Positions 1-11,100 are shown, counted from the stretch's first letter. The stretch is DNA of 64,000 nucleotides from Candidatus Nomurabacteria bacterium (GCA_943348815.1 CALQYT010000003.1:4679-68678), one strand, 5' to 3'. Numbers and translations are program-made. Notes: generated by a model not told the origin, from the letters alone.

Positions 1-144
1 ACCAAGGATTGGCCGGGAATCCAGTTGGCATAGACCTCGACATTGATAACCTTAGCCGGCTCGGGCCGAGCAGCTAAGAAACACAGGCTCGCAAGAACAA
101 AAGGGCTCATGGCTCTCCCCAACTTCTGCCGTTTTACTCTATTC

Positions 145-837
145 TCACCACCCCTTTTTGTCGAGCGCGGCCCTTGCGGCGGCCTGCTCGGCCTCTTGTT
201 TGCTTTTGCCCGAACCTTCGGCAAGCAACGTTTCTTTTATATAGACACCCACTTCAAACTTTTTGTCATGGTCGGGGCCGCTCTCGCTTAGCACCACATA
301 GTGCGGCGTAACGCCGTGATGCTCCTGCGCTTTTTCTTGGAGCGACGACTTGGCATCGAGCCACAACTTTTTGCGGACGATGTCGTCAATTTTGGGGAAG
401 AGATTCCTTTCTATAAATCCGCGCGCAGCGTCATAGCCTGAGTCTATATATATTGCGCCAACGAGCGCCTCAAACGCATTGGCAAGCAAAATGCTGCGCG
501 CGCGGCCGGTATCTTTGGCCTCGCCACGACTCAGCAACAAAAAATCATTCATACCGAGTGACTCGGCGACTTCGGCGCACGTAACCGCGTTAACCAACGC
601 CGCGCGGTAGGCGGTCAGCTCGCCCTCATTTTCTTGCGGATACTTCTCATACAAAAAATGCGTCGAAATAAGTTCGAGTACCGCATCGCCCAAAAACTCG
701 AGCCGCTCATTGTGCTCAAGGGTTTCGCCTCGGTGTTCGTTGAGGTAGGAGCGGTGCGTAAACGCCTGCCGCAACAACCCTAGGTCATTAAACTCAACCC
801 CAATCGACGCTTCGAACGATTTAAAATCTTTAGGCAT
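145..837 (-). CDS. rnc: Ribonuclease III
   Basis: 230 aa with the ERLEFLGDAVL RNase III catalytic signature and a C-terminal dsRBD-like region. Its start overlaps the stop of the upstream nusB-like gene by 8 nt. Confidence 0.9.
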   Translation of the reverse strand: MPKDFKSFEASIGVEFNDLGLLRQAFTHRSYLNEHRGETLEHNERLEFLGDAVLELISTHFLYEKYPQENEGELTAYRAALVNAVTCAEVAESLGMNDFLLLSRGEAKDTGRARSILLANAFEALVGAIYIDSGYDAARGFIERNLFPKIDDIVRKKLWLDAKSSLQEKAQEHHGVTPHYVVLSESGPDHDKKFEVGVYIKETLLAEGSGKSKQEAEQAAARAALDKKGW

Positions 838-1762
838 TTTTCTTCTGCTTTTGTTTTTCGGGCCTCGTAAGTTTGTCTACTGCTTTTTGCACAATCGGGA
901 GCATATCTTCGTAAAAATTGAGTTCGAGCGCGTCTTGCAATTTAAACCACCGTGCGTCATCCAACCCTCCTTTTTGCTCGAGCACAATGTCTACAAACGA
1001 TGCTTCGGCCAAAAAGTACGTGACATGTTTGCGCTTTTTGCCGGTCGCGGGGTCCGAAGCTACATACTCGTTCTCCCCCACCTTTTCTTTAAGTTTGATA
1101 TCGAGACCGAGCTCCTCTTTAATCTCGCGGATGGTACCGTCCTCGACCGTCTCGTTGGCAATCTCCGGGCTGTCGCCGATTTTGCCTTTGCTCAATGTCC
1201 AGTGGCCAAAGATATCGTGCACGAGCGCCAAGTATAGCTCGCCCTTATTCCGCGCATACACCACCGCGCCACCCAGTCGCTGCACGGGCATCTGGTCGTA
1301 GGGCACATCCTTTTTCTTTTTAGAAACTTCGTCTTTGCCGGGCTCGCCGAGCTCTTTGTACACGGCGCCCAACACGCCGTTGACAAACCGGCCGCTATTT
1401 TCGCCGCCAAACCGCTTTGCTAGTTCGATCGCCTCGTTGATAGCAACTTTAGCGGGCACTTTGCTGCGGTCGCTAAACAACAGCTCAAAGAGCCCAAGCC
1501 GCAACACGTTGCGGTCAACCGGTGCGATCCGCGGGAGCGGCCACTCAGGTGCGGCCTTAGCAATCACCAAGTCCAAGTCTTTGTGGCGCTCAATAGCGCC
1601 GGCCAACAACTCCTCCATAAACGGCAAATCGCCCGCTGCCGGGGCGAACTCTTGCGCATTACGCGCGAGCGCTTCTTTGGCCACGGCAAGGGACGCAGAG
1701 CGGAGATCCCACTCGAAGAGTGTCTGGAGGACTACTGAGCGTGATAGGTGCCTGTTGGCCAT
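830..1762 (-). CDS. nusB: NusB antitermination factor fused to a C-terminal Nudix hydrolase domain
   Basis: The N-terminal ~140 aa is NusB-like (RSVVLQTLFEWDL...). The C-terminal ~150 aa carries a Nudix box (E-x7-REIKEELGL). It is one uninterrupted ORF; I prefer the ATG at 1762, the track ORF extends to 1807. Confidence 0.65.
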   Translation of the reverse strand: MANRHLSRSVVLQTLFEWDLRSASLAVAKEALARNAQEFAPAAGDLPFMEELLAGAIERHKDLDLVIAKAAPEWPLPRIAPVDRNVLRLGLFELLFSDRSKVPAKVAINEAIELAKRFGGENSGRFVNGVLGAVYKELGEPGKDEVSKKKKDVPYDQMPVQRLGGAVVYARNKGELYLALVHDIFGHWTLSKGKIGDSPEIANETVEDGTIREIKEELGLDIKLKEKVGENEYVASDPATGKKRKHVTYFLAEASFVDIVLEQKGGLDDARWFKLQDALELNFYEDMLPIVQKAVDKLTRPEKQKQKKNA

Positions 1763-1861
1763 TCGTATTTTTAAGAACGCACGTCGCCCGCGACCCAAAC
1801 GATGCAAAGTTCAGATGCCGAAGCCGACGCCTTGGTCGGCTCCCCGACTAAAACGTCGGGG

Positions 1862-2092
1862 CTACTTCTGCGCCTGAGCTTTATCTCTTTTTGCCTTGCG
1901 GGCCGCCTTGGCCGATGCTTTGCCGGCATGGTCAACCACGACGCGTCCGCGGTAGCGCCCGCAGGTCGGGCAGGCACGGTGAGAGACGCGCGGAGCGCCG
2001 CACTCACAGGCCATCACAAACGCCGCCTTAAGCGCATGATGTGAGCGCCGTTGGCGGGTCTGGGAGCGGTTATGTCGCATCCTTACTACCAT
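1862..2092 (-). CDS. rpmF: 50S ribosomal protein L32
   Basis: [17 protein letters not shown]...C.C...CPTCG is a typical L32 N-terminus with a zinc-ribbon. An AAGG RBS sits upstream of the ATG at 2092. Confidence 0.85.
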   Translation of the reverse strand: MVVRMRHNRSQTRQRRSHHALKAAFVMACECGAPRVSHRACPTCGRYRGRVVVDHAGKASAKAARKAKRDKAQAQK

Positions 2093-2117
2093 GCCGCTAC
2101 CTTATCATATATACCTA

Positions 2118-2151
2118 AAAATTAAAACACCCTCCTGTTCAACAGGGGGTG
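2118..2151 (-). terminator. Rho-independent terminator-like hairpin
   Basis: Imperfect ~9-bp GC-rich stem (CACCCTCCTG / CAGGGGGTG) with a TTCAA loop. On the minus strand it is followed by TTTTAATTTTT. It lies in the 360-nt gap between rnhB and rpmF. Confidence 0.4.
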
Positions 2152-2451
2152 CTTATTCTTTCTTAACGAAGTGACCACACTGGTCTTGACGAAACGGAGC
2201 CCTGTTCCACCCATTAGCTTCAGGACAGAAAACTGTCGAAGCTATGCCCAGGCCGCTCAGTTCAAAATTGGGGTGCCCGCGATGAACACAGCCGTCGCAG
2301 AGCATTTTTGCTGTTTTTGTGCGTCCCGTTCTCGGCGACGCTTCGGCAGTAGTTAATTCCACGTATCTTCCCCTCGTTCGAGATTCCAGATTTTTTTACG
2401 CACGGAACAACTCGAAAACCATACCATCCCTATTGGCGTATCGTCAAGTGA

Positions 2452-3036
2452 TCAGTTCACACTTCCACAAAAGCTGCGGCGGTGGATGTTGCACAACCCG
2501 TGCCGGCGGATGGCCCGGCGATGGTCTTGCGTGCCATAGCCCATGTGCTGCTCAAACCCATAGTCGGGGTAGAGCATCGAAAGATGTTCCATCGTGCGGT
2601 CGCGGGTAACCTTGGCCAAAATTGAGGCGAGTGATATCAGCGGCACGCGCGCATCGCCGTCTATAACCGTGCGCTGGGTGTAGCCCTCGGGTGCGCGCAA
2701 CAACCCATCGAGCAACACCGTGCTGTGTGCCGCTGGAGCGAGTGCACGTACGCCACTATGCAATGCCACCCGCACGGCGCGCGTGATTCCAAACCGGTCT
2801 ATATACTGATGATCCGAAAAACGGACGATAAACCGCAGGTCGCCACGGCTGGCGCGCCGCTCAACTTCGGTAAAAATAAGCTCGCGTTTTTGCCGCGAGA
2901 GGAGTTTGGAGTCACGCACGAGGGGGAATTCTTTTAACACATCAAACCCGGGCGGTATGGCCACGACGCCCACCGATACAGGGCCGGCGAGCGGGCCTCT
3001 CCCCGCCTCGTCCACCCCGATGATGAACTCCATCAT
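2452..3036 (-). CDS. rnhB: Ribonuclease HII
   Basis: GVDEAGRGPLAGPV N-terminal signature of RNase HII; the C-terminal ...HRRSF is typical. Confidence 0.9.
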   Translation of the reverse strand: MMEFIIGVDEAGRGPLAGPVSVGVVAIPPGFDVLKEFPLVRDSKLLSRQKRELIFTEVERRASRGDLRFIVRFSDHQYIDRFGITRAVRVALHSGVRALAPAAHSTVLLDGLLRAPEGYTQRTVIDGDARVPLISLASILAKVTRDRTMEHLSMLYPDYGFEQHMGYGTQDHRRAIRRHGLCNIHRRSFCGSVN

Positions 3037-3078
3037 TAGATTTATTGTATCAGAGGGCGGGGAGCGTATACTGGGCGT

Positions 3079-6078
3079 ATGTCACAGGGTTTTGTACCGC
3101 TGCATGTCCACTCGCACTACTCGCTTCTAAAAGCATTACCTAAAATCCCCGACCTCGTGGCGCGCGCCAAAGCGTGCGGGTATGAATCGATGGCGCTTAC
3201 CGACCTCGATAATTTGTATGGCGCGCTCGAATTTTATAAAGAGTGTAAAGCGCAAGGTATTAAGCCAATCATTGGTCTTGATGCCAAACTCGAAGGCGGC
3301 GCACGCATATTGTTGTTTGCCCAAAACGAACGCGGCTACAAAAATTTGATGGTGCTGGTTACCAAAACCCACGCGCAAGACGCGCAGGGCGTACCACTGA
3401 CGCACGAACTTTTGCGCGAGCATCAAGAAGGTATTTTGACGCTCGACCCGCGCGATGCAACCGTAGCGCTGCCCGAGATTTATTATCTTGACCCGGAAGA
3501 CCGGCGTGCATGGGAGGTAATGCGCGCGATAGAAAACCGCGGCCCAAGCGAGAGTGGCAATGTGGCCGAAGAAGACGAAGCATACTTCTTCCCCAGCGCC
3601 GACCAAATCGCCGAGCGCTACACACCTGAGCAAATCGTCAAAACCGCTGAAATTGCCGCGCAATGCACAGTAGAACTTGAGCTGGGCAAATGGGTGTTCC
3701 CCGACTTCCCCATCCCCGCAGGCTCAAATTTTAATGACGAACTCCGGAGCAAAATTGAAGATGGAATCAAACGCCGCTTTATTTCGGCGACCACCGAGGT
3801 GCGCGAGCGCGTTGAATACGAATATCAAATTATTACCGACAAAGGCTACGCGCCGTACTTTTTGGTGGTCGCCGACCTGCTCGCTTTTGCGCGGCAAAAC
3901 GGCATCTTGACCACGATCCGCGGTTCGGTTGCCGGCAGTTTGGTTACGTATGTTACGGGGATTACGAATGTGAATCCGCTCGAATATAAATTGCCGTTCG
4001 AACGCTTTTTAAACCCCGAGCGCCCGTCGGCCCCCGATATCGACATGGACTTTGCCGACAACCGCCGCGATGAGGTGATTGAGTATGCGCGCAAAAAATA
4101 TGGCACCGAGCACGTGGCACAGATTGGCACCTTTGGCACCATGTTGGCGCGCGGTGTGGTGCGCGACGTTGCCCGCGCCTTGGGCCACCCCTACGGCTTG
4201 GGCGACCGGCTGGCCAAAGCGGTGCCGTTTGGCTCGCAGGGCTTCCCCATGACACTCGAGCGCGCGCTCGAGGAAAACCCGGAGCTCAAACAAATGTACG
4301 ATTCCGAAGAAGAAACTAAAGAAGTGATCGACCTAGGCAGAAAAATCGAAGGCTGCGCACGCCACGTGGGTGTGCACGCCGCGGGCGTGGTTATCTCACC
4401 ACTCTCCTTGGTCAACTACTCGCCGCTCCAACTCGACCCAAAGGGCGGAAAAATTATTACGCAGTACGACATGTACTCAATCGAGGACGCCGGGCTGTTG
4501 AAGTTTGATTTCCTCGGCATCCGCAACCTGGCCATACTCGCCGACGCGGTGCGCTTGGTAGAAAAAACGCGCAATATAAAAATCGATATTGAAAATGTTC
4601 CCGTCGACGACAAAAGCACCTACGATATGCTCGCGCGCGGCGAAACGGAAGGAATTTTTCAACTCAACGGCGCGGGAATGACGCGCTACCTCAAAGAGCT
4701 GCGCCCCACGACAATCCACGACATCAACGCGATGGTGGCGCTGTTTCGCCCCGGCCCCATGGAAACGATCCCGATGTATATCGAGCGCAAACACAACGCA
4801 GCACTCATCCACTACCTCGACCCACGGATGAAGGAGTACTTAGACTTTTCGTACGGTGTATTGGTCTACCAAGACGACGTGCTTTTGACCGCTATTACGC
4901 TCGGCGGCTACTCGTGGCTCCAGGCCGACATGCTGCGCAAAGCAATGGGTAAAAAAATCCCGGCCGTGATGGAAGCCGAGCGCGAAAAACTGACCAAAGG
5001 GTTTATTGAGTACGGCAAACTTTCGAAACAACTCGCCGACAAATTGTGGAAATTAATCGAGCCCTTTGCCGCGTACGGATTTAACAAAGCGCACGCCGCA
5101 AGCTACGGGCGCGTGGCCTACCAAACCGCGTATATGAAAGCCAACTTCCCCGTCGAGTACATGGCAGCGGTGCTCACGGCCGAGGCGGGCGACATCGACA
5201 CGGTGGCGGTGATGGTCAACGAGTGCAAACGCATGGGCGTGGCGGTGCTGCCGCCGGATGTAAACGAAAGTTTTGGCGACTTTACCGTAATCCTCGCGGC
5301 TCCTAAGGACTCTCCTTTGGAAACGCCTAACCCCCGACGGGGTGCCGATGCGGCAGACGCTATAAGGTTTGGCCTCTATTCAATCAAAAACTTTGGCAGC
5401 GGGGTGGCGGATGAAATTATTAAAGAAAGAAAGGCGGGCGGCAAATTTAAAACCATCGGCGACTTTTTAGAGCGCGTCAAAACGCAAGGACTCAACAAAA
5501 AAGGTTTGGAGAGTTTAATCATGTGCGGAGCGCTCGATAGCCTTGGCGAGCGCGGCGCGATGTTGGCAAGCCTCGAACTTTTGCTCGAGCATCAACGTGC
5601 CGGGCGCGATGGGGCCCACGACTCGCTTTTTGCAGGTATGGACGCTGAGACAACCTTTGTAGTTCCTCCCGCTCCAGCTGCGGAGCTTGCGGTAAAACTT
5701 GGGTGGGAAAAAGAGTTGCTCGGCCTCTACGTGTCGGGCCATCCACTCGACCGCGTTAAAGACAAATTGGAAAAAGCGCATCAAAGCGGCAAGTCGATGA
5801 GTATCAAACAACTGCGCGAGCACGCACAGCCGGGCACTACACTGGTTGCGGCGGGGATGATAGAGACCGTGCGCACCATACTCACCCGCGGCGGCGACCA
5901 GATGGCGTTTATTAAGATCGCAGATTATGGAGGCTCCATTGAGGCAGTAATATTTCCAAAAAGCTTTGTCGAATATAAGGACATTCTCAAGCCCGACTCG
6001 TGCATCGCGCTCAAAGGCCGCGTCTCAAACCGCAATGGCGAGCTGTCCTTGGTTGCCGAGGCACTTAAAGCGTTGTAA
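3079..6078 (+). CDS. dnaE: DNA polymerase III alpha subunit (compact form, 999 aa)
   Basis: PHP-domain N-terminus (HVHSHYSLL...ALTDLDNLYGA), polymerase core motifs, and a C-terminal OB-fold region. Confidence 0.95.
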   Translation: MSQGFVPLHVHSHYSLLKALPKIPDLVARAKACGYESMALTDLDNLYGALEFYKECKAQGIKPIIGLDAKLEGGARILLFAQNERGYKNLMVLVTKTHAQDAQGVPLTHELLREHQEGILTLDPRDATVALPEIYYLDPEDRRAWEVMRAIENRGPSESGNVAEEDEAYFFPSADQIAERYTPEQIVKTAEIAAQCTVELELGKWVFPDFPIPAGSNFNDELRSKIEDGIKRRFISATTEVRERVEYEYQIITDKGYAPYFLVVADLLAFARQNGILTTIRGSVAGSLVTYVTGITNVNPLEYKLPFERFLNPERPSAPDIDMDFADNRRDEVIEYARKKYGTEHVAQIGTFGTMLARGVVRDVARALGHPYGLGDRLAKAVPFGSQGFPMTLERALEENPELKQMYDSEEETKEVIDLGRKIEGCARHVGVHAAGVVISPLSLVNYSPLQLDPKGGKIITQYDMYSIEDAGLLKFDFLGIRNLAILADAVRLVEKTRNIKIDIENVPVDDKSTYDMLARGETEGIFQLNGAGMTRYLKELRPTTIHDINAMVALFRPGPMETIPMYIERKHNAALIHYLDPRMKEYLDFSYGVLVYQDDVLLTAITLGGYSWLQADMLRKAMGKKIPAVMEAEREKLTKGFIEYGKLSKQLADKLWKLIEPFAAYGFNKAHAASYGRVAYQTAYMKANFPVEYMAAVLTAEAGDIDTVAVMVNECKRMGVAVLPPDVNESFGDFTVILAAPKDSPLETPNPRRGADAADAIRFGLYSIKNFGSGVADEIIKERKAGGKFKTIGDFLERVKTQGLNKKGLESLIMCGALDSLGERGAMLASLELLLEHQRAGRDGAHDSLFAGMDAETTFVVPPAPAAELAVKLGWEKELLGLYVSGHPLDRVKDKLEKAHQSGKSMSIKQLREHAQPGTTLVAAGMIETVRTILTRGGDQMAFIKIADYGGSIEAVIFPKSFVEYKDILKPDSCIALKGRVSNRNGELSLVAEALKAL

Positions 6079-6310
6079 AATGGCTCCGTCGTTCCTATAG
6101 GGGGTCTGCAATGAAACCAGTCAAAGGCGTTCCAGGAGCGATGCTCTTGGAAACCGACGAAGAAGCAGCGGCTGCTCTGGCGCGGGCACGAAAGCCTATT
6201 CGCACTGAAAAGCAGCGGACACGAAGCGAGCAGGGCCAAGGAGCCCATGAAATTGACGCGAAGGTCATCCAGATCCGTTCGAGGATGAACTAGAGCCTCG
6301 CCCAATCCAA

Positions 6311-6343
6311 CGGCTCCGACTACAACGTCGGGCCGTTTTTAAT
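6311..6343 (+). terminator. Hairpin plus T-tract between dnaE and thrS (dnaE terminator or thrS leader attenuator)
   Basis: CGGCTCCGAC-TACAAC-GTCGGGCCG stem-loop followed by TTTTTAATTT, 40 nt upstream of the thrS ATG. No T-box consensus was seen. Confidence 0.35.
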
Positions 6344-6381
6344 TTCAATAATTTGGGGTAGTATAGAAAGCACCTTATTTT

Positions 6382-8121
6382 ATGGCCGAAATCGAACATA
6401 TCCGCCATACCCTCGCCCACCTTTTGGCTGCCACGGTGCGCGACCTTTACCCTGGAGCAAAAAATGCGATAGGCCCGTCGATCGACAATGGCTTTTATCA
6501 GGACTTCGACATGGGCTCGCACAAAGTATCCGAAGAAGATTTCCCAAAGATCGAAAAGCGGATGCGCGAAATCTTAAAGACCTGGACAACGTCGTCGCAT
6601 CGCGAAGTAACGGCTGAGGAGGCGCAAAAAGAGTACGCGTGGAATGAGTACAAGGCCGAGCTTGCCAACGAGTTTGCGCAAGGCGGCAAAACTATTACCT
6701 TCTACCGGCTCGGCGACTTTGACGATCTTTGCAAAGGCGGGCACTCAGAAAATCCTGAAAAAGAAGTAAATCCTGACGGTTTTAAGCTCGACCGCGTTGC
6801 CGGTGCCTATTGGCGCGCCGACTCATCCAAGAAAATGCTTACGCGTATTTACGGACTCGCGTTTGAGACCAAGGGGGAGCTTGACCATTACATCGCCATG
6901 CGTGAAGAGGCCAAAAAGCGAGATCATCGGAAAATTGGTAAAGAACTTGATCTGTTTGTTTTCTCCGATCTTGTCGGCGCCGGGCTTCCTTTATTCACAC
7001 CCAAGGGTACCGTGTTGCGTGACGAGATTAGTAACTTCACCCAAGAGTTACGTATAAAACGCGGCTTCCAAAAAGTTTGGATTCCACATATCACCAAGAC
7101 GGACCTATATAAGACCTCAGGACACTGGGCAAAATTCGGCCACGAACTCTTTCTGGTGAAGAGCCAGGAAACAGACACTGATTTCGTGCTCAAGCCCATG
7201 AACTGTCCTCACCATCAGCAGATCTATGCGGGCAAACCCCGCAGCTATCGCGACCTCCCCTTGCGTTATCTCGAGACGACTACGGTGTATCGTGACGAAA
7301 AGACCGGCGAGCTCTCGGGTCTTTCCCGCGTACGCGCCATAACTCAGGATGATAGTCATATATTCTGCACGCCCGAGCAGATCGAGCAGGAATTTCAGAG
7401 CATTATCGAAATGGTAAAGATTTTTTTCACTGCCGTTACCATGCCGTTTAGAGCGCGGCTCTCGTTTAGAGACCCGAAAACTCCAGAAAAGTATCTTGGT
7501 GAGGAAGCGCTGTGGCAGAAAGCGCAGGATATTATTCTCACCATCGCGAAGAATAATAATCTTGACTACTTCATCGCAGAAGGCGAAGCCGCATTCTACG
7601 GCCCGAAGATCGACTTCATGGCCTATGACGCGCTCGGCCGCGAACATCAGCTCGCGACACCACAGCTCGACTTTGTACAGCCAGCGCGTTTCGAACTCAA
7701 GTACTCCGATAAAGACGGGACGGAAAAAACACCTGTTATGATTCATCTCGCCGTTGCGGGCTCATTGGAGCGTTTCTTGTCCGTATACATCGAGCACACG
7801 GCGGGCGTGTTTCCCCTTTGGATTTCGCCCATACAGGCGCGCGTACTACCTATTGGCGAAGGACATCAAGCTTTTGCCCACGAAGTGCTCGAACAACTAA
7901 AAGCAGCGGGCATACGCGCCGAGTTGGATGAAAGTAACGAAAGCCTCGGCAAAAAAATCCGCGAAGCCAAGCAGCAAAAAGTTCCCTACCTTTTGGTAAT
8001 TGGCGATCAGGAAGTTGCCGCTAAAACCGCCACCCTAGAATCCCGCGAAGCAAAAATCGGCGCACTCCCGATTGCTGACATAGTTTCAAAACTTACTGCA
8101 GAAATAAAGGCGCGAGCTTAG
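6382..8121 (+). CDS. thrS: Threonyl-tRNA synthetase, short form lacking the N-terminal TGS domain
   Basis: 579 aa. It starts directly in the editing/second additional domain (HIRHTLAHLLA), then the class II catalytic core and anticodon-binding domain. Confidence 0.95.
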   Translation: MAEIEHIRHTLAHLLAATVRDLYPGAKNAIGPSIDNGFYQDFDMGSHKVSEEDFPKIEKRMREILKTWTTSSHREVTAEEAQKEYAWNEYKAELANEFAQGGKTITFYRLGDFDDLCKGGHSENPEKEVNPDGFKLDRVAGAYWRADSSKKMLTRIYGLAFETKGELDHYIAMREEAKKRDHRKIGKELDLFVFSDLVGAGLPLFTPKGTVLRDEISNFTQELRIKRGFQKVWIPHITKTDLYKTSGHWAKFGHELFLVKSQETDTDFVLKPMNCPHHQQIYAGKPRSYRDLPLRYLETTTVYRDEKTGELSGLSRVRAITQDDSHIFCTPEQIEQEFQSIIEMVKIFFTAVTMPFRARLSFRDPKTPEKYLGEEALWQKAQDIILTIAKNNNLDYFIAEGEAAFYGPKIDFMAYDALGREHQLATPQLDFVQPARFELKYSDKDGTEKTPVMIHLAVAGSLERFLSVYIEHTAGVFPLWISPIQARVLPIGEGHQAFAHEVLEQLKAAGIRAELDESNESLGKKIREAKQQKVPYLLVIGDQEVAAKTATLESREAKIGALPIADIVSKLTAEIKARA

Positions 8122-11100
8122 CTAAGGCTTAGACAAAACTTGGTTGATTCGCTTGTAGATCCGCTCAGGTGGGATAGACGACGCGCCAATCTTCTCGCCA
8201 TTTTCCTCAATGTAGTAACCGCTCTTCCATTTTTGATCCCACAAGAGCGCGTAGGTACCCGTACGCTTGCGATAGTTTTCGAACGCTTTGGCGTGTGTCA
8301 CTCGAATAGTTTTGGGTTCTGACCACTGAATAGGATCGCCCAAAATAAGCATCACGTTGGGGGTGCCCAGTGCTGCAGCAAAATGTCCGAGTCCTGTATC
8401 AGGAGTTACCACCACTTTAGACATAGCAAGAATGGGATTTATAAATTCGGCATTTTCTTTTCCTACTGAAAAACGGCGGCCAAAACGAGTCTTAAGCCGC
8501 TCCATAAGTGACGCGTACCGGCCTCTGCGCTCTGCGCTTGGATCTTCCAAAAATAAGACATGTGCATCTGCGTGTTCCGCAAATATTTTTGTAAGTAGTT
8601 CCTCCCAACGCTCAGGAGCATATTCTTTAGGCTGGACTCCCGCGCCCGCTGAAATAGTTATTACCTTTTCGTTGGGCTGAATATCATATTTGGTACGGAG
8701 TCGTTCAACCTGTTCAGTGTGGTCGGCACGTTTTCCTATAAACGATTCGACCTTCTTAATATCCTCAAACAATTTTTGACCGGTCATGAGCTCGAGATTC
8801 CGCATAACCCTCTGTGGGATCATGTCGTAACGTTTGGTCAATTTACCTTCGCGTGGCGCTTCCTCCATAAGCCAACTGTTCCAGTCGACGGACATGACAT
8901 AGCCGGGGTCACCCGCGCGCCTAGGTGCGACACCCAATGCTGCATAATCCTTATACGTTTTGTCTGCATTAATCACAAACCTCTCTCTGTTGGGCGCACC
9001 CTGCACTAGTGCTTTTACCTCTGCAAGATTGACGACACGCAAACCAGGATACTGTGTTTCCAGTGCTCCAAACAAAGCTTTGTTGTGCTGACTCACTACC
9101 GTAATCTGCTTGGTCGTACCGTTTTGTTTAAAATAGTGGTCGAGCGCCATGATAACCGGCATAGTTACGACGGAGTCGCCGACGGGACCATCAAGCATAA
9201 GGATTACTTCATCGGCACGCTCGAGACCCTTACGCAATGGCGAAGTTTTATAGAATTCCTCAGCAAAAGGCTTTCCTCCTACTTTTGACTCCTCGATAAA
9301 GATGTTTTCAATCTGCCGATAGGTACGGTCTAGCTGCATATCCACAAATCTGGAGAGAGAGTAGTCGGTGTTGTAGCGCTTATTGTGTTGCAACCGCTCT
9401 CCTTCAAATACTTGTTGTGCACGCGCCGGAAGATTTTCAAAATCTTCAAGCTCTTTGAGTCGGTTCAACACCGAACGATATTTAACGCGCAAATCTTTTT
9501 CATACTTAAGACGCTCTACTAACTCTTTCATTCGCTGGGAGTTTTGGGTATTGCGGTACACCTTCTCAAGATCGGTGTAGTCGTTTTTCATGCCGCCTGA
9601 ACCACGCTCATACCCATAGCCCCCTGCAAAGTGCCCTGGCTCTTCGGGCGAAGGTCCGTGTACCGGCGTGCGCAGCGGATCGGGATTCCTAAGACGCTCC
9701 AGTGGCGTGCGCGGAATAAAAGGAATAAAGGGCGGTGGATCAACCTCAGGGTCAGCAGGGACATTGATCGTGGTGTCCCACCACCGGATTGTTTCTTCTC
9801 GCGTAACTCTCCTTGTAATTGCATCTTCTGTACGATACGTAACTTTGTCAGGAACACTCGGCCTATCTTCGCCCACTTGTGTTGCAAGTATGCGTACTCC
9901 TGTGGCATCTTCGCGCACACGCATGGTCTGCGCCACTTCGGCAAAAGCACCTTTAAATACTGCCCGGCCTTTGGCATCAGTTTCAAATAATAGTCTTGCT
10001 ACTTCACTGTCGCGTGGAATGATTGCCTGACCATTGCGATCTATCGCCACCTCAAACACTTGGTTTTGAGTACCCTTAGATACTGAAAGCAGGAGCGAGA
10101 GTTTGCCAGTGCGCATCAATTCCTGCGCGTTAGCGCTATGTGGACCGTGGAACGAACCGTCGGGCCGCATACCTCGCACAGTGTATACATAGTCACCCGC
10201 GGCATTGACTCCGGTATTGTTAGGACCTCCATACCAAAGACGCAATTCATTTTTATCAAATACTGGCTTAGGCGTGTTGTTGTCGTACCATAGCTCGCGT
10301 TTTATGGTCTTGGTGTCGCCACGCTCGGCATAGTCTTGCACTGCCTCCCCGACACTCATGGGCGTGCGCACCGCTACCCGCTTACCCGGCTCGGTTACGG
10401 TAGTATCAATATAATTGATTGCCGTGTGAGGACCCCCCGTGAGGGCAATATCATGCTTTTTGAGCAAATCTTTTGCAGCATCAGTAAAGTTGCCATCACG
10501 GTCGGTGGTGAGCCCACTTACCACCACCTCGCCATTACGTATAAGCGTAACGGTGTCAGCAACTTTGGTGAGCGAAAAGCCGTCAGGCATACGGATATGG
10601 TTACTGCCGATCTGATCCATAACCGGCCCGCCCATAAGCATGTAAGAAGGTTCACCATTGATAAGGTGCGACGCCTTCATACGCACCCACTCAAGTGCCG
10701 TAACACTGTCTGGCGGATTGACCGGTTTTCCTTGCGTAAGCCGTTCAATCAGCCCCATCTGGTTTTTATTAAAGAAAGCCATGGTTTCTTGAGCCACAAG
10801 ACCAACCCCAAGACCAACCAACGCTCCTACGGTTGCTGCCTTAAATACTTTGCGATCTTTAATTTGGGAAAATAAAGCGTCTTTCCTTTCGCGTTCAGTT
10901 TCTCGCTCTCCCCTGACAAGCGCGCGCTGCGCGACCAGCTCAGCATTTACCGTGCTACTCGTCACATAACTATGGAGCTCCGAGTCGGTGCTTAGAGTCC
11001 CGTGAATGGCCGCGCGCAGTTGTGCGCGCAATACGTCAAGCTCACAACGCTCTTTAACAATGTTTTGAGGATTACTAAAATGTATGTAGTCTTTCTTTTC

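Noticed and set aside
2153-2362. Calling the 69-aa minus-strand ORF upstream of rpmF as a YceD/DUF177 gene
   Set aside because: It is far shorter than DUF177 (about 170 aa). Its Cys spacing does not convincingly match the YceD C-terminal Cys cluster. It is kept only as a finding.
6079-6381. T-box riboswitch upstream of thrS
   Set aside because: The conserved T-box sequence (AGGGUGGNACCGCG) and a Stem I specifier context could not be found. Only a generic terminator hairpin is present.
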